Under the pieces are notes generated by a model. The model was not told the origin of the DNA, did not search any database, and saw nothing but the letters and a program-made list of their open reading frames with translations. Of a stretch of 64,000 bases of DNA, positions 30,001 through 45,000 are shown in pieces. How positions within the stretch are numbered: position 1 is the stretch's first letter; each line of letters begins with the position of its first letter. The position numbers were made by a program, and so were the translations under genes. The DNA is from Eledone cirrhosa. Lineage: Eukaryota. Location: positions 19,468,001 through 19,532,000 of the forward strand of contig OZ024764.1 of assembly GCA_964016885.1 (NCBI GenBank), given 5' to 3'.

Positions 30001-33000
30001 TTAGATTAAACTGACTGATAAAAGTAGTTATTAGTGAGATTAGATTAAACTGACTGATAAAAGTAGTTATTAGTGACATTAGATTAAACTGACTGATAAA
30101 AGTAGTTATTAGTGACATTAGATTATACTGACTGATAAAAGTAGTTATTAGTGACATTAGATTATACTGACTGATAAAAGTAGTTATTAGTGACATTAGA
30201 TTATACTGACTGATAAAAGTAGTTATTAGTGACATTAGATTATACTGACAGATAAAAGTAGTTATTAGTGAGATTAGATTAAACTGACTGATAAAAGTAG
30301 TTATTAGTGACATTAGATTATACTGACTGATAAAAGTAGTTATTAGTGACATTAGATTATACTGACTGATAAAAGTAGTTATTAGTGACATTAGATTATA
30401 CTGACTGATAAAAGTAGTTATTAGTGACATTAGATTATACTGACAGATAAAAGTAGTTATTAGTGAGATTAGATTAAACTGACTGATAAAAGTAGTTATT
30501 AGTGGCAGTAGATTATACTGACAGATAAAAGTAGTTATTAGTGACATTAGATTATAGTGCAAGATAAAAGTAGTTATTAGTGACATTAGATTATACTGAC
30601 TGATAAAAGTAGTTATTAGTGACATTAGATTATACTGACTGATAAAAGTAGTTATTAGTGACATTAGATTATACTGACTGATAAAAGTAGTTATTAGTGA
30701 CATTATATTATACTGACAGATAAAAGTAGTTATTAGTGAGATTAGATTAAACTGACTGATAAAAGTAGTTATTAGTGAGATTAGATTAAACTGACTGATA
30801 AAAGTAGTTATTAGTGACATTAGATTAAACTGACTGATAAAAGTAGTTATTAGTGACATCAGATTATACTGACAGATAAAAGTAGTTATTAGTGAGATTA
30901 GATTAAACTGACTGATAAAAGTAGTTATTAGTGACATTAGATTATACTGACTGATAAAAGTAGTTATTAGTGACATTAGATTATACTGACTGAGAAAAGT
31001 AGTTATTAGTGACATTAGATTATACTGACTGATAAAAGTAGCTATTAGTGACATTAGATTAAACTGACTGATAAAAGTAGTTATTAGTGACATTAGATTA
31101 AACTGACTGATAAAAGTAGTTATTAGTGAGATAAGATTAAACTGACTGATAAAAGTAGTTATTAGTAACATTAGATTATACTGACTGATAAAAGTAGTTA
31201 TTAGTGACATTAGATTAAACTGACTGATAAAAGTAGTTATTAGTGATATTAGATTAAACTGACTGATAAAAGTAGTTATTAGTGAAATTACATTATACTG
31301 ACTGATAAAAGTAGTTATTAGTGACATTAGATTAAACTGACTGATAAAAGTAGTTATTAGTGACATTAGATTAAACTGACTGATAAAAGTAGTTATTAGT
31401 GAGATTAGATTAAACTGACTGATAAAAGTAGTTATTAGTGACATTAGATTATACTGACTGATAAAAGTAGTTATTAGTGACATTAGATTATACTGACTGA
31501 TAAAAGTAGTTATTAGTGACATTAGATTATACTGACTGATAAAAGTAGCTATTAGTGACATTAGATTAAACTGACTGATAAAAGTAGTTATTAGTGACAT
31601 TAGATTAAACTGACTGATAAAAGCAGTTATTAGTGAGATTAGATTAAACTGACTGATAAAAGTAGTTATTAGTAACATTAGATTATACTGACTGATAAAA
31701 GTAGTTATTAGTGACATTAGATTAAACTGGCTGATAAAAGTAGTTATTAGTGATATTAGATTAAACTGACTGATAAAAGTAGTTATTAGTGAAATTAGAT
31801 TATACTGACTGATAAAAGTAGTTATTAGTGACATTAGATTAAACTGACTGATAAAAGTAGTTATTAGTGACATTAGATTAAACTGACTGATAAAAGTAGT
31901 TATTAGTGAGATTAGATTAAACTGACTGATAAAAGTAGTTATTAGTGATATTAGATTATACTGACTGATAAAAGTAGTTATAAGTGACATTAGATTATAC
32001 TGACTGATAGAAGTAGTTATTAGTGACATTAGATTATACTGACAGATAAAAGTAGTTATTAGTGAGATTAGATTAAACTGACTGATAAAAGTAGTTATTA
32101 GGGACATTAGATTATACTGACAGATAAAAGTAGTTATTAGTGAGATTAGATTAAACTGACTGATAAAAGTAGTTATTAGTGACATTAGATTAAACTGACT
32201 GATAAAAGTAGTTATTAGTGACATTAGATTATACTGACTGATAAAAGTAGTTATTAGTAACATTAGATTATACTGACAGATAAAAGTAGTTATTAGTGAC
32301 ATTAGATTATACTGACTGATAAAAGTAGTTATTAGTGACATTAGATTAAACTGACTGATAAAAGTAGTTATTAGTAGCAGTAGATTAAACTGACTGATAA
32401 AAGTAGTTATTAGTGACATTAGATTATACTGACTGATAAAAGTAGTTATTAGTGACATTAGATTATACTGACTGATAAAAGTAGTTATTAGTGACATTAG
32501 ATTAAACTGACTGATAAAAGTAGTTATTAGTGACATTAGATTCAACTGACTGATAAAAGTAGTTATTAGTGGCAGTAGATTAAACTGACTGATAAAAGTA
32601 GTTATTAGTGGCAGTAGATTAAACTGACTGATAAAAGTAGTTATTAGTGACATTAGATTAAACTGACAGATAAAAGTAGTTATTAGTGGCAGTAGATTAA
32701 ACTGACTGATAAAAGTAGTTAGTAGTGACATTAGATTAAACTGACTGATAAAAGTAGTTATTAGAGACATTAGATTAAACTGACTGATAAAAGTAGTTAT
32801 TAGTGACATTAGATTAAACTGACTGATAAAAGTAGTTATTAGTGAGATTAGATTATACTGACTGATAAAAGTAGTTATTAGTGACATTAGATTAAACTGA
32901 CTGATAAAAGTAGTTATTAGTGACATTAGATTAAACTGACTGATAAAAGTAGTTATTAGTGGCAGTAGATTAAACTGACTGATAAAAGTAGTTATTAGTG

Positions 33001-36000
33001 GCAGTAGATTAAACTGACTGATAAAAGTAGTTATTAGTGGCAGTAGATTAAACTGAATGATAAAAGTAGTTATTAGTGACATTAGATTATACTGGATGAT
33101 AAAAGTAGTTATTAGTGACATTAGATTAAACTGACTGATAAAAGTAGTTATTAGTGGCAGTAGATTAAACTGACTGATAAAAGTAGTTATTAGTGACATT
33201 AGATTAAACTGACAGATAAAAGTAGTTATTAGTGACATTAGATTAAACTGACTGATAAAAGTAGTTATTAGTAGCAGTAGATTAAACTGACTGATAAAAG
33301 TAGTTATTAGTGACATTAGATTATACTGACTGATAAAAGCAGTTATTAGTGACATTAGATTATACTGACTGATAAAAGTAGTTATTAGTGACATTAGATT
33401 AAACTGACTGATAAAAGTAGTTATTAGTGACATTAGATTAAACTGACTGATAAAAGTAGTTATTAGTGGCAGTAGATTAAACTGACTGATAAAAGTAGTT
33501 ATTAGTGGCAGTAGATTAAACTGACAGATAAAAGTAGTTATTAGTGGCAGTAGATTAAACTGACTGATAAAAGTAGTTATTAGTGGCAGTAGATTAAACT
33601 GAATGATAAAAGTAGTTATTAGTGACATTAGATTATACTGGCTGATAAAAGTAGTTATTAGTGACATTAGATTAAACTGACTGATAAAAGTAGTTATCAG
33701 TGGCAGTAGATTAAACTGACTGATAAAAGTAGTTATTAGTGACATTAGATTAAACTGACAGATAAAAGTAGTTATTAGTGAAATTAGATTAAACTCACTG
33801 ATAAAAGTAGTTATTAGTAGCAGTAGATTAAACTGACTGATAAAAGTAGTTATTAGTGACATTAGATTATACTGACTGATAAAAGTAGTTATTAGTGACA
33901 TTAGATTATACTGACTGATAAAAGTAGTTATTAGTGACATTAGATTAAACTGACTGATAAAAGTAGTTATTAGTGACATTAGATTAAACTGACTGATAAA
34001 AGTAGTTATTAGTGGCAGTAGATTAAACTGACTGATAAAAGTAGTTATTAGAGACATTAGATTAAACTGACTGATAAAAGTAGTTATTAGTGACATTAGA
34101 TTAAACTGACTGATAAAAGTAGTTATTAGTGAGATTAGATTATACTGACTGATAAAAGTAGTTATTAGTGACATTAGATTAAACTGACTGATAAAAGTAG
34201 TTATTAGTGACATTAGATTAAACTGACTGATAAAAGTAGTTATTTATGGCAGTAGATTAAACTGACTGATAAAAGTAGTTATTAGTGGCAGTAGATTAAA
34301 CTGAATGATAAAAGTAGTTATTAGTGACATTAGATTAAACTGACTGATAAAAGTAGTTATTAGTGGCAGTAGTTTATACTGACTGATAAAAGTAGTTATT
34401 AGTGATATTAGATTAAACTGACTGATAAAAGTAGTTATTAGTGGCATTAGATTAAACTGACTGATAAAAGTAGTTATTAGTGACATTAGATTATACTGAC
34501 AGATAAAAGTAGTTATTAGTGGCAGTAGATTAAACTGAATGATAAAAGTAGTTATTAGTGACATTAGATTAAACTGACTGATAAAAGTAGTTATTAGTGG
34601 CAGTAGTTTATACTGACTGATAAAAGTAGTTATTAGTGACATTAGATTAAACTGACAGATAAAAGTAGTTATTAGTGACATTAGATTAAACTGACTGATA
34701 AAAGTAGTTATTAGTGGCAGTAGATTAAACTGACTGATAAAAGTAGTTATTAGTGGCAGTAGATTAAACTGACTGATAAACGTAGTTATTAGTGACATTA
34801 GATTATACTGACTGATAAAAGTAGTTATTAGTGACATTAGATTAAACTGACTGATAAAAGTAGTTATTAGTGGCAGTAGATTAAACTGACTGATAAACGT
34901 AGTTATTAGTGACATTAGATTATACTGACTGATAAAAGTAGTTATTAGTGACATTAGATTAAACTGACTGATAAAAGTAGTTATTAGTGACATTAGATTA
35001 AACTGACAGATAAAAGTAGTTATTAGTGGCAGTAGATTAAACTGACTGATAAAAGTAGTTATTAGTGACATTAGATTATACTGACTGATAAAAGTAGTTA
35101 TTAGTGACATTAGATTATACTGACAGATAAAAGTAGTTATTAGTGACATTAGATTAAACTGACTGATAAAAGTAGTTATTAGTGACTTAGATTAAACTGA
35201 CTGATAAAAGTAGTTATTAGTTACATTAGATTAAACTGACTGATAAAAGTAGTTATTAGTGACATTAGATTAAACTGACTGATAAAAGTAGTTATTAGTG
35301 GCAGTAGATTAAACTGACTGATAAAAGTAGTTATTAGTGACATTAGATTATACTGACTGATAAAAGTAGTTATTAGTGACATTAGATTATACTGACTGAT
35401 AAAAGTAGTTATTAGTGACATTAGATTAAACTGACTGATAAAAGTTGTTATTAGTGGCAGTAGATTAAACTGACTGATAAAAGTAGTTATTAGTGGCAGT
35501 AGATTAAACTGACTGATAAAAGTAGTTATTAGTGACATTAGATTAAACTGACTGATAAAAGTAGTTATTAGTGGCAGTAGATTAAACTGACTGATAAAAG
35601 TAGTTATTAGTGGCAGTAGATTAAACTGACTGATAAAAGTAGTTATTAGTGGCAGTAGATTAAACTGACTGATAAAAGTAGTTATTAGTGAACTTAGATT
35701 ATACTGAAAGATAAAAGTAGTTATTAGTGACATTAGATTATACTGACTGATAAAAGTAGTTATTAGTGACATTAGATTATACTGACAGATAAAAGTAGTT
35801 ATTAGTGACATTAGATTAAACTGACTGATAAAAGTAGTTATTAGTGACTTAGATTAAACTGACTGATAAAAGTAGTTATTAGTGACATTAGATTAAACTA
35901 ACTGATAAAAGTAGTTATTAGTGACATTAGATTAAACTGACTGATAAAAGTAGTTATTAGTGGCAGTAGATTAAACTGACTGATAAAAGTAGTTATTAGT

Positions 36001-39000
36001 GACATTAGATTAAACTGACTGATAAAAGTAGTTATTAGTGACATTAGATAATACTGACTGATAAAAGTAGTTATTAGTGACATTAGATTAAACTGACTGA
36101 TAAAAGTAGTTATTAGTGACATTAGATTAAACTGACAGATAAAAGTAGTTATTAGTGGCAGTAGATTAAACTGACTGATAAAAGTAGTTATTAGTGACAT
36201 TAGATTAAACTGACTGATAATAGTAGTTATTAGTGACATTAGATTAAACTGACTGATAAAAGTAGTTATTAGTGACATTAGATTATACTGACTGATAAAA
36301 GTAGTTATTAGTGACATTAGATTAAACTGACTGATAAAAGTAGATATTAGTGGCAGTAGATTAAACTGACTGATAAAAGTAGTTATTAGTGGCAGTAGAT
36401 TAAACTGACTGATAAAAGTAGTTATTAGTGACATTAGATTATACTGAAATATAAAAGTAGTTATTAGTGAGATTAGATTAAACTGACTGATAAAAGTAGT
36501 TATTAGTGACATTAGATTAAACTAACTGATAAAAGTAGTTATTAGTGACATTAGATTAAACTGACTGATAAAAGTAGTTATTAGTGACATTAGATTAAAC
36601 TGACTGATAAGAGTAGTTATTAGTGACATTAGATTATACTGACTGATAAAAGTAGTTATTAGTGACATTAGATTAAACTGACTGATAAAAGTAGCTATTA
36701 GTGACATTAGATTAAACTGACAGATAAAAGTAGTTATTAGTGGCAGTAGATTAAACTGACTGATAAAAGTAGTTATTAGTGACATTAGATTATACTGACT
36801 GATAAAAGTAGTTATTAGTGACATTAGATTATACTGACAGATAAAAGTAGTTATTAGTGACATTAGATTAAACTGACTGATAAAAGTAGTTATTAGTGAC
36901 TTAGATTAAACTGACTGATAAAAGTAGTTATTAGTTACATTAGATTAAACTGACTGATAAAAGTAGTTATTAGTGACATTAGATTAAACTGACTGATAAA
37001 AGTAGTTATTAGTGGCAGTAGATTAAACTGACTGATAAAAGTAGTTATTAGTGACATTAGATTATACTGACTGATAAAAGTAGTTATTAGTGACATTAGA
37101 TTATACTGACTGATAAAAGTAGTTATTAGTGACATTAGATTAAACTGACTGATAAAAGTAGTTATTAGTGACATTAGATTAAACTGACTGATAAAAGTAG
37201 TTATTAGTGGCAGTAGTTTATACTGACTGATAAAAGTAGTTATTAGTGACATTAGATTAAACTGACAGATAAAAGTAGTTATTAGTGACATTAGATTAAA
37301 CTGACTGATAAAAGTAGTTATTAGTGGCAGTAGATTAAACTGACTGATAAAAGTAGTTATTAGTGGCAGTAGATTAAACTGACTGATAAACGTAGTTATT
37401 AGTGACATTAGATTATACTGACTGATAAAAGTAGTTATTAGTGACATTAGATTAAACTGACTGATAAAAGTAGTTATTAGTGGCAGTAGATTAAACTGAC
37501 TGATAAACGTAGTTATTAGTGACATTAGATTATACTGACTGATAAAAGTAGTTATTAGTGACATTAGATTAAACTGACTGATAAAAGTAGTTATTAGTGA
37601 CATTAGATTAAACTGACAGATAAAAGTAGTTATTAGTGGCAGTAGATTAAACTGACTGATAAAAGTAGTTATTAGTGACATTAGATTATACTGACTGATA
37701 AAAGTAGTTATTAGTGACATTAGATTATACTGACAGATAAAAGTAGTTATTAGTGACATTAGATTAAACTGACTGATAAAAGTAGTTATTAGTGACTTAG
37801 ATTAAACTGACTGATAAAAGTAGTTATTAGTTACATTAGATTAAACTGACTGATAAAAGTAGTTATTAGTGACATTAGATTAAACTGACTGATAAAAGTA
37901 GTTATTAGTGGCAGTAGATTAAACTGACTGATAAAAGTAGTTATTAGTGACATTAGATTATACTGACTGATAAAAGTAGTTATTAGTGACATTAGATTAT
38001 ACTGACTGATAAAAGTAGTTATTAGTGACATTAGATTAAACTGACTGATAAAAGTTGTTATTAGTGGCAGTAGATTAAACTGACTGATAAAAGTAGTTAT
38101 TAGTGGCAGTAGATTAAACTGACTGATAAAAGTAGTTATTAGTGACATTAGATTAAACTGACTGATAAAAGTAGTTATTAGTGGCAGTAGATTAAACTGA
38201 CTGATAAAAGTAGTTATTAGTGGCAGTAGATTAAACTGACTGATAAAAGTAGTTATTAGTGGCAGTAGATTAAACTGACTGATAAAAGTAGTTATTAGTG
38301 AACTTAGATTATACTGAAAGATAAAAGTAGTTATTAGTGACATTAGATTATACTGACTGATAAAAGTAGTTATTAGTGACATTAGATTATACTGACAGAT
38401 AAAAGTAGTTATTAGTGACATTAGATTAAACTGACTGATAAAAGTAGTTATTAGTGACTTAGATTAAACTGACTGATAAAAGTAGTTATTAGTGACATTA
38501 GATTAAACTAACTGATAAAAGTAGTTATTAGTGACATTAGATTAAACTGACTGATAAAAGTAGTTATTAGTGGCAGTAGATTAAACTGACTGATAAAAGT
38601 AGTTATTAGTGACATTAGATTAAACTGACTGATAAAAGTAGTTATTAGTGACATTAGATAATACTGACTGATAAAAGTAGTTATTAGTGACATTAGATTA
38701 AACTGACTGATAAAAGTAGTTATTAGTGACATTAGATTAAACTGACAGATAAAAGTAGTTATTAGTGGCAGTAGATTAAACTGACTGATAAAAGTAGTTA
38801 TTAGTGACATTAGATTAAACTGACTGATAATAGTAGTTATTAGTGACATTAGATTAAACTGACTGATAAAAGTAGTTATTAGTGACATTAGATTATACTG
38901 ACTGATAAAAGTAGTTATTAGTGACATTAGATTAAACTGACTGATAAAAGTAGATATTAGTGGCAGTAGATTAAACTGACTGATAAAAGTAGTTATTAGT

Positions 39001-42000
39001 GGCAGTAGATTAAACTGACTGATAAAAGTAGTTATTAGTGACATTAGATTATACTGAAATATAAAAGTAGTTATTAGTGAGATTAGATTAAACTGACTGA
39101 TAAAAGTAGTTATTAGTGACATTAGATTAAACTAACTGATAAAAGTAGTTATTAGTGACATTAGATTAAACTGACTGATAAAAGTAGTTATTAGTGACAT
39201 TAGATTAAACTGACTGATAAGAGTAGTTATTAGTGACATTAGATTATACTGACTGATAAAAGTAGTTATTAGTGACATTAGATTAAACTGACTGATAAAA
39301 GTAGTTATTAGTGACATTAGATTAAACTGACAGATAAAAGTAGTTATTAGTGGCAGTAGATTAAACTGACTGATAAAAGTAGTTATTAGTGACATTAGAT
39401 TATACTGACTGATAAAAGTAGTTATTAGTGACATTAGATTATACTGACAGATAAAAGTAGTTATTAGTGACATTAGATTAAACTGACTGATAAAAGTAGT
39501 TATTAGTGACTTAGATTAAACTGACTGATAAAAGTAGTTATTAGTTACATTAGATTAAACTGACTGATAAAAGTAGTTATTAGTGACATTAGATTAAACT
39601 GACTGATAAAAGTAGTTATTAGTGGCAGTAGATTAAACTGACTGATAAAAGTAGTTATTAGTGACATTAGATTATACTGACTGATAAAAGTAGTTATTAG
39701 TGACATTAGATTATACTGACTGATAAAAGTAGTTATTAGTGACATTAGATTAAACTGACTGATAAAAGTAGTTATTAGTGACATTAGATAAAACTGACTG
39801 ATAAAAGTTGTTATTAGTGGCAGTAGATTAAACTGACTGATAAAAGTAGTTATTAGTGGCAGTAGATTAAACTGACTGATAAAAGTAGTTATTAGTGGCA
39901 GTAGATTAAACTGACTGATAAAAGTAGTTATTAGTGACATTAGATTAAACTGACTGATAAAAGTAGTTATTAGTGACGTTAGATTAAACTGACTGATAAA
40001 AGTAGTTATTAGTGGCAGTAGATTAAACTGACTGATAAAAGTAGTTATTAGTGGCAGTAGATTAAACTGACTGATAAAAGTAGTTATTAGTGGCAGTAGA
40101 TTAAACTGAATGATAAAAGTAGTTATTAGTGACATTAGATTATACTGGCTGATAAAAGTAGTTATTAGTGACATTAGATTAAACTGACTGATAAAAGTAG
40201 TTATTAGTGGCAGTAGATTAAACTGACTGATAAATGTAGTTATTAGTGGCAGCAGATTAAACTGACTGATAAAAGTAGTTATTAGTGGCATTAGATTAAA
40301 CTGACTGATAAAAGTAGTTATTAGTGGCAGTAGATTAAACTGACTGATAAACGTAGTTATTAGTGACATTAGATTATACTGACTGATAAAAGTAGTTATT
40401 AGTGACATTAGATTAAACTGACTGATAAAAGTAGTTATTAGTGACATTAGATTAAACTGACAGATAAAAGTAGTTATTAGTGGCAGTAGATTAAACTGAC
40501 TGATAAAAGTAGTTATTAGTGACATTAGATTATACTGACTGATAAAAGTAGTTATTAGTGACATTAGATTATACTGACAGATAAAAGTAGTTATTAGTGA
40601 CATTAGATTAAACTGACTGATAAAAGTAGTTATTAGTGACATTAGATTAAACTGACTGATAAAAGTAGTTATTAGTTACATTAGATTAAACTGACTGATA
40701 AAAGTAGTTATTAGTGACATTAGATTAAACTGACTGATAAAAGTAGTTATTAGTGGCAGTAGATTAAACTGACTGATAAAAGTAGTTATTAGTGACATTA
40801 GATTATACTGACTGATAAAAGTAGTTATTAGTGACATTAGATTATACTGACTGATAAAAGTAGTTATTAGTGACATTAGATTAAACTGACTGATAAAAGT
40901 AGTTATTAGTGACATTAGATTAAACTGACTGATAAAAGTTGTTATTAGTGGCAGTAGATTAAACTGACTGATAAAAGTAGTTATTAGTGGCAGTAGATTA
41001 AACTCACTGATAAAAGTAGTTATTAGTGGCAGTAGATTAAACTGACTGATAAAAGTAGTTATTAGTGACATTAGATTAAACTGACTGATAAAAGTAGTTA
41101 TTAGTGACATTAGATTAAACTGACTGATAAAAGTAGTTATTAGTGGCAGTAGATTAAACTGACTGATAAAAGTAGTTATTAGTGGCAGTAGATTAAACTG
41201 ACTGATAAAAGTAGTTATTAGTGGCAGTAGATTAAACTGAATGATAAAAGTAGTTATTAGTGACATTAGATTATACTGGCTGATAAAAGTAGTTATTAGT
41301 GACATTAGATTAAACTGACTGATAAAAGTAGTTATTAGTGGCAGTAGATTAAACTGACTGATAAATGTAGTTATTAGTGGCAGCAGATTAAACTGACTGA
41401 TAAAAGTAGTTATTAGTGGCATTAGATTAAACTGACTGATAAAAGTAGTTATTAGTGGCAGTAGATTAAACTGACTGATAAAAGTAGTTATTAGTGGCAG
41501 CAGATTAAACTGACTGATAAAAGTAGTTATTAGTGGCATTAGATTAAACTGACTGATAAAAGTAGTTATTAGTGACATTAGATTAAACTGATTGATAAAA
41601 GTAGTTATTAGTGACATTAGATTAAACTGACTGATAAAAGTAGTTATTAGTGGCATTAGTTTAAACTGACTGATAAAAGTAGTTATTAGTGACATTAGAT
41701 TAAACTGACTGATAAAAGTAGTTATTAGTGACATTAGATTAAACTGACTGATAAAAGTAGTTATTAGTGGCAGTAGATTAAACTGACTGATAAAAGTAGT
41801 TATTAGTGGCAGTAGATTAAACTGACTGATAAAAGTAGTTATTAGTGGCAGTAGATTAAACTGACTGATAAAAGTAGTTATTAGTGAACTTAGATTATAC
41901 TGAAAGATAAAAGTAGTTATTAGTGACATTAGATTATACTGACTGATAAAAGTAGTTATTAGTGACATTAGATTATACTGACAGATAAAAGTAGTTATTA

Positions 42001-45000
42001 GTGACATTAGATTAAACTGACTGATAAAAGTAGTTATTAGTGACTTAGATTAAACTGACTGATAAAAGTAGTTATTAGTGACATTAGATTAAACTAACTG
42101 ATAAAAGTAGTTATTAGTGACATTAGATTAAACTGACTGATAAAAGTAGTTATTAGTGGCAGTAGATTAAACTGACTGATAAAAGTAGTTATTAGTGACA
42201 TTAGATTAAACTGACTGATAAAAGTAGTTATTAGTGACATTAGATAATACTGACTGATAAAAGTAGTTATTAGTGACATTAGATTAAACTGACTGATAAA
42301 AGTAGTTATTAGTGACATTAGATTAAACTGACAGATAAAAGTAGTTATTAGTGGCAGTAGATTAAACTGACTGATAAAAGTAGTTATTAGTGACATTAGA
42401 TTAAACTGACAGATAAAAGTAGTTATTAGTGGCAGTAGATTAAACTGACTGATAAAAGTAGTTATTAGTGACATTAGATTAAACTGACTGATAATAGTAG
42501 TTATTAGTGACATAAGATTAAACTGACTGATAAAAGTAGTTATTAGTGACATTAGATTATACTGACTGATAAAAGTAGTTATTAGTGACATTAGATTAAA
42601 CTGACTGATAAAAGTAGATATTAGTGGCAGTAGATTAAACTGACTGATAAAAGTAGTTATTAGTGGCAGTAGATTAAACTGACTGATAAAAGTAGTTATT
42701 AGTGACATTAGATTATACTGAAAGATAAAAGTAGTTATTAGTGAGATTAGATTAAACTGACTGATAAAAGTAGTTATTAGTGACATTAGATTAAACTAAC
42801 TGATAAAAGTAGTTATTAGTGACATTAGATTAAACTGACTGATAAAAGTAGTTATTAGTGACATTAGATTAAACTGACTGATAAGAGTAGTTATTAGTGA
42901 CATTAGATTAAACTGACTGATAAAAGTAGTTATTAGTGGCAGTAGATTAAACTGAATGATAAAAGTAGTTATTAGTGACATTAGATTATACTGACTGATA
43001 AAAGTAGTTATTAGTGACATTAGATTAAACTGACTGATAAAAGTAGTTATTAGTGACATTAGATTAAACTGACAGATAAAAGTAGTTATTAGTGGCAGTA
43101 GATTAAACTGACTGATAAAAGTAGTTATTAGTGACATTAGATTATACTGACTGATAAAAGTAGTTATTAGTGACATTAGATTATACTGACAGATAAAAGT
43201 AGTTATTAGTGACATTAGATTAAACTGACTGATAAAAGTAGTTATTAGTGACTTAGATTAAACTGACTGATAAAAGTAGTTATTAGTTACATTAGATTAA
43301 ACTGACTGATAAAAGTAGTTATTAGTGACATTAGATTAAACTGACTGATAAAAGTAGTTATTAGTGGCAGTAGATTAAACTGACTGATAAAAGTAGTTAT
43401 TAGTGACATTAGATTATACTGACTGATAAAAGTAGTTATTAGTGACATTAGATTATAGTGACTGATAAAAGTAGTTATTAGTGACATTAGATTAAACTGA
43501 CTGATAAAAGTAGTTATTAGTGACATTAGATTAAACTGACTGATAAAAGTTGTTATTAGTGGCAGTAGATTAAACTGACTGATAAAAGTAGTTATTAGTG
43601 GCAGTAGATTAAACTGACTGATAAAAGTAGTTATTAGTGGCAGTAGATTAAACTGACTGATAAAAGTAGTTATTAGTGACATTAGATTAAACTGACTGAT
43701 AAAAGTAGTTATTAGTGACGTTAGATTAAACTGACTGATAAAAGTAGTTATTAGTGGCAGTAGATTAAACTGACTGATAAAAGTAGTTATTAGTGGCAGT
43801 AGATTAAACTGACTGATAAAAGTAGTTATTAGTGGCAGTAGATTAAACTGAATGATAAAAGTAGTTATTAGTGACATTAGATTATACTGGCTGATAAAAG
43901 TAGTTATTAGTGACATTAGATTAAACTGACTGATAAAAGTAGTTATTAGTGGCAGTAGATTAAACTGACTGATAAAAGTAGTTATTAGTGACATTAGATT
44001 ATACTGACTGATAAAAGTAGTTATTAGTGACATTAGATTAAACTGACTGATAAAAGTAGATATTAGTGGCAGTAGATTAAACTGACTGATAAAAGTAGTT
44101 ATTAGTGGCAGTAGATTAAACTGACTGATAAAAGTAGTTATTAGTGACATTAGATTATACTGAAAGATAAAAGTAGTTATTAGTGAGATTAGATTAAACT
44201 GACTGATAAAAGTAGTTATTAGTGACATTAGATTAAACTAACTGATAAAAGTAGTTATTAGTGACATTAGATTAAACTGACTGATAAAAGTAGTTATTAG
44301 TGACATTAGATTAAACTGACTGATAAGAGTAGTTATTAGTGACATTAGATTATACTGACTGATAAAAGTAGTTATTAGTGACATTAGATTAAACTGACTG
44401 ATAAAAGTAGTTATTAGTGACATTAGATTAAACTGACAGATAAAAGTAGTTATTAGTGGCAGTAGATTAAACTGACTGATAAAAGTAGTTATTAGTGACA
44501 TTAGATTATACTGACTGATAAAAGTAGTTATTAGTGACATTAGATTATACTGACAGATAAAAGTAGTTATTAGTGACATTAGATTAAACTGACTGATAAA
44601 AGTAGTTATTAGTGACTTAGATTAAACTGACTGATAAAAGTAGTTATTAGTTACATTAGATTAAACTGACTGATAAAAGTAGTTATTAGTGACATTAGAT
44701 TAAACTGACTGATAAAAGTAGTTATTAGTGGCAGTAGATTAAACTGACTGATAAAAGTAGTTATTAGTGACATTAGATTATACTGACTGATAAAAGTAGT
44801 TATTAGTGACATTAGATTATACTGACTGATAAAAGTAGTTATTAGTGACATTAGATTAAACTGACTGATAAAAGTAGTTATTAGTGACATTAGATTAAAC
44901 TGACTGATAAAAGTTGTTATTAGTGGCAGTAGATTAAACTGACTGATAAAAGTAGTTATTAGTGGCAGTAGATTAAACTGACTGATAAAAGTAGTTATTA

